DNA from: Antedon mediterranea
Lineage: Eukaryota; Animalia; Echinodermata
Direction of reading: 5' to 3'
Assembly (NCBI RefSeq): GCF_964355755.1
Contig: NC_092678.1
Span: forward strand, 20,167,365-20,231,364
Length of the DNA: 64,000 nucleotides
Both the position numbers and the translations under genes were made by a program. Below, piece after piece: positions 12,001-24,000 of the stretch (its first letter is position 1; each line of letters begins with the position of its first letter). The notes beneath the pieces are model-generated. The model was not told where the DNA came from. It saw only the letters and a list, made by a program, of their open reading frames with translations, and did no database searches.

Positions 12001-15000
12001 AGAATGTAATACAGTATGTATTTTAGTAAGGTTATTTATATTGACAGGTAGGTATTTCTGAAATTCAACATAAAATATTGTTTAAAAATGTTAAAATGTG
12101 AAAAAAATATATATATTGTGTTAATAAACTTTGTGAGTATTGTTAAATATTATTTTTCGTAAGTTTACATTTTTTTTATAATTCTACTATTTAAATTTAT
12201 AATTGTAATCATATATTATTTTAATTGATTTTTGAAGCGCCAAAACTAAAAATTAAGCCTGTGCGTATTATGTGTTCGATTCCATTTCGAGCGCCGGGCC
12301 GGACGTAGACGCGGCTGCGCCTACAAGTTAAGTTACTGTATATAGGCCTAACGCCTAGATTTTTTTCCTTTTTTTTATTCCTGATATTTTATTACAAAAA
12401 ATACATTACCGTAATACAAAATAATAACAAATATGATCCTCCGTCACCAAAGATTGTATAGCGCCCCGGGCGTAAGATAGATAACTGCGCAAGATATTTG
12501 TAATCCCTTGGAGGCCATTCCGGCGGACAACTTTAAACCGGGTACTGTAAGTCGTTGTCAAGGCAATATTGTACTACAATGTTTTGGTCAAAGACGGAGT
12601 TGTCTAATGTCTAGTTGTCAATGTAAAGTAAACAAAGGAAACTTTTATTTTACTTGGTTTACTGTACATAATTTCTTCCCTTTTTTGTGAATCAACCCTC
12701 AAGATGGTTAACTACAGAAACTTCAAGGCGGACCGCAAAATTTGAACCATTTAGATATTACGGTAAATCGAAATAGAAGGTGCTATGTTAAATGCATTAA
12801 AATGTGTCATTTTTGTTAAAACATGTTGAATTGTACAAAATAAAACCTCCAGAAATTAACTTGGGTTGGAACGTCTTCAAGTTGTACCTACTGTACAGTA
12901 GTTTGCTAGATATTATATCAACTGATCTGATTTAAGGCTAGTGTTTATCAAATTAAATTAGTCGAAATGATGACACAGTAGGCTAAAACCTTTACCCAGC
13001 TGCAATTTTGTTTTCTAGAAAAGATCTGTTTGCAAAGATTTTATATGTCCTCCCGGATATGAGTGCTGTGAGGATATAGATTTATGCGGTGGAGCTAATT
13101 GTCAACCATGTATAGGTATGCTATTTATTTAAATAATACGGCGTGGCTAGAGATACCGTACCATATCTTATGTTCTGGCTGCTAAATGTAAGTAAATGGC
13201 TTACGTCATGGCTATCTAATAATAAATGATTAGTTCGTGACTAATGTAATAATAATGTTGCTAGGTTGTCAACATGGCCCTAGGCTAGGTTAATTTAGCC
13301 TAGGCCTGGCCGTAGTATGCAGGGGCGGTCGCAGGACTATTTTAAGGGGGTTGCCCAAGGGTCACCAGAGGGCCGTAGATATTGAGTATTTGAATTTGTC
13401 ATTTAACAAAAATTCGATGGAATTTCTCGCACATAAAATTCATGATAAATAGAAATGAGACTTTGGCTACAGTAGCAAACAGATCGTATCACGCCTGTTT
13501 TTTCCGCTGGGAAAACACAAGCGACAAACAATAGGCATTTTTTTCGTACAATGCGAAATTCAAAGGAGATCCCAGACGAAGGTACTTCCGGTAATGTGAT
13601 AGATTCTAGCAATTAAAATCATTAATACAATTATTATTATTATTAATTAATAATTAAAACAATTTAGAAAAAAAGGTGAAGCTGCATCATTTTTGTCTCA
13701 TTAAAAAGATTCATTCGGTTGGAATTACAAATAAAATGTAATAGTTAATTATATCTCAACCGTAATAGTAAATAACGATTATTTATTTACTTGACGTTTC
13801 GCCCACTATCAGTTGGCTTTCTCAAAGTGTAGTGACACGTATGTCACAGTTGACCTCTAGATGACGGGGTCAACACATTGGTCCACACTTGAATTTGTAC
13901 CCGCCCTCATCTCTATTAAAATTGGGGATCTTCCTGATCCAGATGGATTCCTTAACCCAGCGTCTTAATCTGCACTATGTTTGTGTTGCATGCTGTTTGG
14001 TGGTTTGTTGCACTGAATAATGATGTAAAAAATGAATTGCCATTCCTATTGGATAGCCATGACATACCATTTACCATACAGATAGAAGATAAGCCATATC
14101 TCTAGCCACAGCATAATAAATTAAAATATTATAAAATTATAGACTATAAGAAAGTTAATAGCATTTATGATTGCTGCTCTTGGCAAGCAAATAATTGTTC
14201 AATTTTGTTCAGTCATTGTAGCATTTTGTTAGGAGCTTGGATGCATAGTAACACACTTTTACTTAATTTTCTTATCTCAATAGATGGCACATTCTCTTCT
14301 GGTAGAGAAATCTGCCAAAATTGTAGCAATTGCCTTCAAGGTGAAAAAATGATTGAAGTGTGTACTCGTACAAGTGACACGATTTGTGAATGCCCTGCTG
14401 GCAATTATATAACCAGTTATAGAGTCTGCAAGCCATGTAGCACATGCAGTGAGGGAGAAGACTGTGGAAAGTGTCAACTCACAATAACAATAAGATCAAC
14501 GTTAATAACCGCAAAAACAGCAGTACCTGGTATGTTTCAAATGACCTCTTTTCTTTAGTATTCTTCTTTCTTTCTCACATATCTTTAAAATGTGTAAACA
14601 TACATTTCACAACTTTGTCAAAATATGTATCTTTACATGTTTTGAAATTGCTATCTTTATATGTAGTATCGTCGTTGAAAATTAATTATTATATAATTAT
14701 TTTCTTTTGGCATAATCTTTTTCTATTGTGCAATATTCTAATATGACATGCACGTGGTGTTTGTTCTGCTTCAAAGTGTTCAAAATCGATTTTTTTTTAA
14801 TGTCTTCAATTTTGTTTTGTTGATTTGTCTTCAATTCATTATTTTATTTTGTAACATTTTTTTTACTGCATATCGTTTGATTTATTATTTTTTATTTTAC
14901 AGCAAGTGAGACGTCTATAGCCAAACATGGATCACCTTGTCAGTGCAACTGTAAACAAGATACCATGGTACCATGGTATTATCTGCTTCTAACGGCTGTT

Positions 15001-18000
15001 TGCAGTCCAGGTAATGAACTTACACTGTACTATGATTATAATATTGTATAATAATTCTTTCTGTAGACCAGGGGTCGGATTTATCAAACTTGCTTATCTT
15101 TAATTTGCCTTGAATCCTTGATTTTGCAAAAATGTTTGTGAGGTGCTCAGGTACTTTGTCCGATTATGGCTACGGCCCTGTAGCCAGAGGTTTCTTTAAA
15201 ATTATTGTAAATTTTCAAAAATGTATCAACCCAAGGTGTAATAGACAAGGCAGTAGTAGTAGTAGTACTGTATGACTAAAGTTTATAATAATCAAAAGTG
15301 TTTTTTTCTGTTATTTGTTCAATTAACTATGACTATATTACACAGTCCAGTCCAATGCAATCTGTCCAGGTGCATGTTTTACTTGTGGTTTTATATTTCT
15401 AGTGATTGTACATGCCATCTTGAAATGGGGTAAAAAGATTGTTTGTTGGTGGACTAGGGATTCTAAGCAATATTACGCAGATAACTGTTCATGTTGTCCA
15501 TGTAAGCTATGTTTCCATTGTGTTATTTTAGATTTTTAAAGGAATACAGTTCCTGAAAGATTTATAGTTGGGCAGTAACTGTTTCTACAAGCATTCATAC
15601 TTTTGGGAAAATTTAAAGTGGAGCTCCACCCAGAAAATTACTATTTTTCATACATTTCAACTATTATTTAAAAATATCATCCCTCATACTCCATATTTTT
15701 TTGGAATTTTTTTCAATGAGAACGATTTTCTAGAAAATCACGCCTTTTTGAGTTTTGGGGGGATACCTTGTAATTTCCTATTCATTTACATGCAAAAGGG
15801 GGGTATATTTGAATAATCCTAAAAAATTAATTTCTTCACTAAAAAAAAATTTTAAAAGTATTTTTATGTAATTTTTCCAGATCTTTCTATTTCTGGTATT
15901 TTTATCGCGTATACATTGCGCAATTTTGCGTAAATAGACACTTTCCCCCGTTCGGGTCCAATTTGGGTTTTTTATTTTGCTAGGGAGTCTGATCACGTGA
16001 CATTTTTTCACAATCACACTTACTGCAGCTGGCGATCTGTTATTTTGTCGCGATGTTATTTTTGACGGGCGAAAAGTATATTGAAACATTCTGAATGTGA
16101 CCCTATCATGTTTCAGTGTAATAATGTGATTATGAGACTATTACTAAAATGTCAAATTTAACGAGATTTGAGAAAGACGTGGCTATATATTCAATAAAGC
16201 TAGGCCTAGGCCTACTAGAGTGTAGGTATGTACCGATGCTGCTTGGCCTCTATCTAGCTAGGCTGACAGCAGTGAAGTTTGTTCTGTTGACACCCAACTT
16301 CGGCCTACCCATGGGCCACGATAGGGTGCCTGAAAAGTTGCTATTCAGTCAGGCCTAAGCTTCCACATCGGTCATCGCTTTACTACTCTTGTTCTGTATA
16401 GGATTTTTTGTTTCACAATTCTTGTGAATGTGCGAGAAAACCCAGGAATGATAAATGGGGCGAAATGACCAAGCATTTTCAAACCCATGAATGCCATTAT
16501 AGGCTTAGACAAAAATTCAAGGCTAGCTAGGCTGAGCAGACGGCTTAGCTAGGCCTAGCCCTAGCTTAAAGTTAATAAGCAATCTGATAAGATTATTATG
16601 CTGTTGTTGTACATTGCAAATCATGAGGTTATACATGTAAATTATACTGACATTTTTATCGGAAATATTACTTAGGCCTAAACAAATCGTATTAATTGTG
16701 TGTATAAAATTTATTCCCCATTTTTCGACACATAATTTACCAAAGGGGAGAGAGTTCACCGGCGACTAAAACGCGTCAGTCGCTAAGTGTAACACGTTTC
16801 GCGACGTATTGTAAACTAATAACCCCTAAGTTACTGAAAAAGTGTAATGTATTGTTACGACCACTTTTGGCCTAGGCCGAAATACCTAAATAAATAGCAA
16901 CAACGAGGCTTGGAACAAACAATAGTCGACACTCAGAGTATTATGCAAAGAGCACGAGCTCCATTTATTTCCTTTCACGAAGCACAAAATACATAACAAC
17001 ACAATTATAGATACGTATGATACCAAGTGGTTGGTTTGCCTGGCCATCTGTACACATCACAACCTCCCCATTCTTATTGTCCTGCCTTGCTTCCAGTCTC
17101 AAGCACAGTTCTAACCGCAAGCGTCCTTAGCTGGCCCTCTCCTGAGTGACTTCCTTCTTTGTATCACACACCCAGCACAGCTTTCCAAAATACCGCGCAC
17201 CACCATGCTCCATTCTGATTCGTCCACTTGACCACCGACGACTTGATTCATTTGCATGCGACATGTGACACCTGACTCTCGTCACACGTAACACTCTCCC
17301 CCTTAAAGTTAGTTTTTCGTCAGGAAAACTTTTGGTGCCTCCTCACCAACCACTGGTATTTACAAAAACATCTCTAATTTATTACACAATTTCAATTTCA
17401 CATTACATCATATATTTTCATTTTATTCATCTATTTTTTTTTTTTTTAACACTTCCATTTTTATTACATTTCCTACTTTTCTTTACCTTAGGGCTACATA
17501 TCACTATTTTAACTTGTATTATTTACTATTTTTTTTTTTACACAAGTATACATACATTATTCTTAATTTTACACATCTATATTCATTTGCATTACATTCT
17601 TAATATTTATATTCATTTGCATTACATTCATAATATTTATATTCATTTGCATTACATTCATAATATTTATATTCATTTGCATTACATTCATAATATTGTT
17701 CACACCCCACGAGACAGAGCATCGGCAATCACATTTTCCTTTCCTTTAACATGCTTAATCTCAACATTGTATTCTTGTAAAGTTAGTCCCCACCTCAGCA
17801 ACCGCTGATTTTTATTTCGCATTTTATAAATAAAGGTAAGTGGGTTGTGGTCAGTGAACACAAGTATTGGGTCTACGGTAGTGCTTAGATATACATCAAA
17901 ATGCGTTAACGACTCCAATAGTGCCAGACATTCTTTCTCAATAGTCGAATAATTCATTTGGTGTTTACTTAATTTTCTAGAAAAATAACATACGGGACAT

Positions 18001-21000
18001 TCTATCCCATCAACGTTCTTCTGCATGAGAACGCTACCAATCCCCACATCACAGGCGTCTACATACAAACGGAATTGTTTCTTAAAATCCGGTGCTATAA
18101 GGATTGGTTCACACATTAGCATAGACTTAATTTTCCTAAAGGCACTTTCACATATATCCGACCACTTAAATTTTACATTCTTCTTAAGCAATTCTGTAAG
18201 AGGACCTGCTACGCTAGAAAAATTGGGACAAAACTTCCGATAGTACCCCACCATCCCTAAAAACCTCATCAACGATTTTTTGTTTGTGGGTGCTGGGTAC
18301 CGATAAATACTCTCAACCTTAGCCCTGATGGGTCTAACCCTTCCCTGCCCCACAACATGACCAAGATACGTAACCGTAGCATGACAGAATTCACTCTTAC
18401 TTAAGTTTACAGTTAGGTTTGCTTGTGACAAAGCTTTAAACATTTCATTTAACTGTTGCATGTGTTGCTCCCAAGTTTGACTGTATACAATCAGGTCATC
18501 AACATACGCCTCGCAGCCTTCTACGTTAGCTACAAGTCGATTTACCATTCGTTGAAATGTCGCGGGCGCATTCTTAAGGCCAAACGGCATCACCCTGTAT
18601 TGATAAAGCCCGAACGGGGTACAGAACGCAGAAATTTCCTGGGCGCGCGGCGTTAGTGGCACTTGCCAGTAGCCTTTTAAAAGGTCAAATTTACTAACAA
18701 ATTTTGCGTTCCCCACCTTATCTATTAAATCTTCAATTCTCGGAATTGGATACGAGTCTGTTTTTGAACAACGATTAACTGCTCGCATATCCGCCACGAG
18801 TCTATATGAACCATCAGACTTGGGAACAAGCATGCATGGCGAACTCCAGTCGCTTTTACTAAGCTCAATTATACTATTTTTTAACATATATTCAATTTCC
18901 TTATGGAGATACTTCATTTTAATTGGATTCACCCTGTAAGGATGTTGCTTAATAGGTTGTGTATCCCCAACAATGATATCATGGATTGCAGCATTTGTTA
19001 CACTAGGGGTGTCAGAAAAGATACCGTTCCATTTATTCACAAGTGTACTCAATTGACTCTGTTGTTCTATTGATAAATGAGTTAACTTTTGTTGTAAATT
19101 GTTCATTACATCAGAGTTGCTTAGTTTTAAATCATATTCCTTGCCCTTTTCTTTTAAATCATTGTGAGAGCCACCGTCATTGTTACAAGCTACAGCCGCA
19201 CAATTTGGTTTTACATCGCGAGAAACATGTTCGGCATATTCTTTAAGCATATTAATGTGACATAATTGTCTACTCTTCCGTCTCCCTGGTGTATTTATGA
19301 CATAATTTAGATCATTTATTTTTGAGTCGATTTCGTATGGACCGTGAAATCGCGCTTGCATTGGGCTCCCCTGAATGGGAAACAACGCCAAAACCTTGTC
19401 CCCAGGTTTAAAAACCCTGCTTTTTGCATTTTTATCATACCAAGTTTTCATCTTAGTTTGTGCTTTTACTAAATTTGCTTTAGCAATGACGGTCGCCCTG
19501 TTAAGTTTATGCCTAAAGTCACATACATAATCCAATAAATTTACATTATTTAGTTCTCCTTGGAGCCACTTGTCTTTCAGCAATTTTAATGGTCCCCGCA
19601 CGGAGTGACCGAAGACCAACTGAAATGGGCTGAAACCTAATGTTTCTTGTACAGATTCTCTGGCTGCAAAAAGAACTAAATGTACCCCTTCGTCCCATTC
19701 CCTTTGAAACTCTACACTATATGCCCTTAACATGTTTTTTAACGTTTGGTGAAATCTTTCTATAGCACCTTGAGACTCTGGGTGATACGCACTAGATGTT
19801 GATTGCTCTATGCCCAATTGTAACATAATTTGTTGGAATAACCCTGATTTAAAATTAGTGCCCTGGTCAGATTGAATTGATGTAGGCAAACCAACTAATG
19901 TGAAGAATTTAATTAAAGCTTTGACTACCGTTGCTGCCTTAATATTTCTAAGTGGGACTGCTTCGGGAAAACGCGTAGAGCAGCACATAATAGTAAGGAG
20001 ATATTGATTTCCGGACTTTGTTTTTGGCAATGGACCAACGCAATCTATCATAACTTTGCTGAATGGTTCCCCAAAAGCGGGTATTGGCTTAAGCGGTGCT
20101 ACCGGAATTTTCTTATTTGGCTTTCCCACAACCTGGCATATGTGGCACAAACGGCAATAGCGTGATACTTCCTTTTTAAGAGATGGCCACCAGAAATGTT
20201 GAATAATTTTATCATGTGTTTTTCTAACACCCAAGTGCCCTGACATAGAGTTGTCATGGGCTATGCCTATTACATCGTCGTGATAGACTTTCGGGACTAC
20301 AATTTGATGTACCACAGCCCACACATCATGTACCTGTGCATGACGTGGCCTCCATTTTCTCATAACAACGTTATTTTCTTTATAGAAGCAGACCGGTAGT
20401 TTTGCCGCCTCCTCCTTAGGTAACACCCTAGACCCCAATTTCTGTATAAATGAATCATCTTCTTGTTCCTTGATCAACATTTCTGTACTTAAAGGCTCTC
20501 TTTTTCTACTTTTGGGTTCACCTGACCCTACATTTAAGGAAGTGTCGCACTTTGTCTTTTTGATATCTTCACCTGGGTTATAAAATTCTAGATTTGACAT
20601 GAATGTCCCCTCTAAATCTAATCCATCGTTATCGGACATTCTATCTTCAATTTTCTGTGTCATTGCACGTGTTACAGCGCAGGCGGGGTATTCCCAATCA
20701 TTGTCGGGCGTACCAGTTTCACATAGCACATTAGACTCTTGTAGTGTGCGAGTTAAATTATCGTTAATCATTAATTCAGGTAACACCCTACCGCCAGCCA
20801 AATCATTACCCAAAAGCATATCAATACCCTTTACTGGAAGCTCCGGTACAACACCTATTATCGCTTCCCCTTTAACTAATTCAGAATCAATTATTACTTT
20901 GTGTAACGGGACATTAATAACATTCATCCCCACACCTCGAATTAACGCGGTCATACTCGTAGAACTACTTTTACCGAAAGAAAGAGCTCCTTCCAACATC

Positions 21001-24000
21001 ATAGATTGGGCACAGCATGTATCTCGCATGACCCTAATGCGTTTAAAGCAATCATCACCTTTTAGCGATACCCGTGCCTCTGACATAAATGGTGCAAAAT
21101 TTTCATTAGTTTTATTACATTCAATTTGCTTATTTACTTTTGAAATGTTGTTGGTGTCCCCTTTTAATGTAGCACATCCTACTGGAAGAGAAGATTTGTT
21201 ACTTGAGTTACGTTTGAGAAAATAACATTGAGACATAACATGTCCTGGTTTTTTGCAATGGTAACATGTTAATACCTTAGGATTATCCCAACGCTTACTC
21301 TTAAACGGACTCTGTCTCTTAGTATCAGATACCCGTTTGTAATCACGTGGTTTATCCTCATGGTTAGGATTATTTATGTTTATCGCACTTAATTTATGAG
21401 TCAATGCATAGTCATCGGCATATACTGCTGCGTCTTTCAATGTATCAATTTTACGTTCATCAAGGTGAATTTTAATATCAACATGAATGCACCTTTTAAA
21501 TTCTTCTATTAACATCATTTGCTTTAAATTATCATAATTCAATTCTACATCTTTAGAACTAACCCATCTATCAAACATTTGCTCTTTAACTCTGGCAAAC
21601 TCCACATGCGTTTGTTCACACTGTATCCTCGCATTTCTAAATCTTTGTCGATAAGCTTCTGGCACAAGTTCGTAAGCACTGAGCACTGCTTTCTTCACTA
21701 TTTCATAATCACTACATTCATGAAGGGGTAGAGCCGAATAAATTTCACGTGCTTTCCCTATGAAAACACTCTGTAACAGAAGGGTCCACTTTTCTGTCGG
21801 CCACTTCATACTGTACGCAATTTTTTCAAAGTGTTGAAAATATTCATCAACTTCGGTTTCCTGAAATTTTGGAACAAGCCTAATGTGTTTAGACGCATCG
21901 AAAGCATTAGGCGCACTAGCAACATTTACTTTTCCTTCTCTCTCTCTCTCAATAATGTCTCTTTCAATTTGGTACTGCAATTTCGCAAGCTCTAACTCTA
22001 CATCTGCTTTTTGCTTTGCCCTCTCCATTTCCATTTCCATCATCATTCTCTCTTTATCAATTTCCATCTTAGCCATTTGTAACTCTAATTCTTTTAATTT
22101 TACAGCTTCACTCTCTACTTCCTCAACCACAATCACTTCCTTTAAACATGATTCTTCTAAGTATTCTTCTCTTACAAGGGTTTCAATTAATTTATTTTTA
22201 ACAACTTGTTTTCTCGTAGACTGTTTTAAATGCAGATCAAAATACCTTCCCAACGCCAACAAATCTGGCTTTTTTAACGTATTAAATTTTTCCCAGGAAA
22301 CACACTCTGCAAGGTATTTTTCAGCCTCAAACTCCATTATAAACAAATGGTTAAAAAAAATTACAATAGTGTAGCAGTGATTGTTTGTTCCAAACCCCGA
22401 GTGAGTCCGATAACTCCGGTTTTCCCGGACGAGCCCCCAATTTCTGTTACGACCACTTTTGGCCTAGGCCGAAATACCTAAATAAATAGCAACAACGAGG
22501 CTTGGAACAAACAATAGTCGACACTCAGAGTATTATGCAAAGAGCACGAGCTTCATTTTTTTTCTTTTCACGAAGCACAAAATACATAACAACACAATTA
22601 TAGATACGTATGATACCAAGTGGTTGGTTTGCCTGGCCATCTGTACACATCACAACCTCCCCATTCTTATTGTCCTGCCTTGCTTCCAGTCTCAAGCACA
22701 GTTCTAACCGCAAGCGTCCTTAGCTGGCCCTCTCCTGAGTGACTTCCTTCTTTGTATCACACACCCAGCACAGCTTTCCAAAATACCGCGCACCACCATG
22801 CTCCATTCTGATTCGTCCACTTGACCACCGACGACTTGATTCATTTGCATGCGACATGTGACACCTGACTCTCGTCACACGTAACAGTATTAAAAAACAC
22901 TATTTTCTGACCGATTTATTAGAAATGGGTTTTTGAAAAATATTTCCGTGTTTTCCCTGTTTTTTTTATATAATCACTTTCAATTAAATATACTTAAACA
23001 TATTATAAGCTGAGAAAGTCTGAGTGTAGCTCCACTTTAAGCTTCTACTCAACTAATTACCGTAAAGCTTCTAATAGTAACCCTGTATTGTGTGCTTTTA
23101 GGGTGGATTACTAGTAATGGGTTCTTTACCTTTTTTTTGACACTAATTAAAAATAAATAAAGAACTACATCACAAGTAAACACAATTTGCTGATTTAACT
23201 TTATTAACTAAAGAAAAGAAGAAAGAAAAACATTAAAAAAATTTTGCAAAAATGTAAAAAAATTGGTAAAAAAAAATTTGTACTTGTTAAAAAATATAAT
23301 TAAATAATATCAATCGATATTACTTTATAATAATGATTTCTTCTTCATATGTTGAATCATTTGTTTAAAAACAAGAATTGTTATGTTATTTTGCATTAGT
23401 AAATCAGATTTTATTACATATTTACTTTCGCTTGTGGAATGGTCAACCATTTTTTTACTTTATTATGCTTACAAAATAAATAAAATTACATAATGCAGAA
23501 TGAGGTAAATTCATAGCAAATTTAATCAATTAATTTAAATGCAAATTAATAGCCTTGTTTATGCTGATTTTTAGCAGTTAAGCAAGTAAAAAATGTGTTG
23601 TTTTCTTTATAGCATGCTGCTGTTTTAGAGGTGGCCAGAAAGTGAATCAGCCAAATTCAGGTAAGAAGATTATTTTGTCATATTTGTATTATTTTATCAA
23701 AGAATCATTTGAGACCTTGAGATTGAGAGTGTGCGAGAGATGAAGTATAGGGTACAGGGAATTGTGTGAAGAAAACCATTGTAACATAAACAAAGATAAT
23801 TACTCTTTTGTTGGTGTTGATTGATAAATCATGTTTTAAATTTGTTTAATTGTTTAAATATTGTTTCTAAAGGTCCTAATGGACCAAATGACCCTAATGG
23901 AAGGAATGACTCTGAGGCTAATGAAACAATTGAGCTAGACGAAATGAATGAGCAATATGAAAGAAACGAGCAGAATGAAACAATTCAGCCTAACGAAAGG

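Larger units (their letters stand above)
16853..22886 (-). mobile_element. Full-length Gmr1-type Ty3/Gypsy LTR retrotransposon in an intron of gene 1
   Basis: TG..CA LTRs 16853-17293 and 22445-22886; GTAT TSD; tRNA-Pro PBS TGGGGGCTCGTCCGGGA at ~22423-22439; polypurine tract AAGGGGGAGAG at ~17294-17304. Confidence 0.97.
15617..23036. mobile_element. Kolobok-type non-autonomous DNA transposon (~1.4 kb) hosting the Gypsy insertion
   Basis: TTAA TSD both sides; TIR AGTGGAGCT(C/A)CAC(C/T)CAGA, 16/18 match. Confidence 0.75.

Noticed and set aside
17332-22374. + strand ORFs 17332-17808, 20599-21225, 21883-22374
   Set aside because: Antisense shadows of the Gypsy ORF or low-complexity UTR
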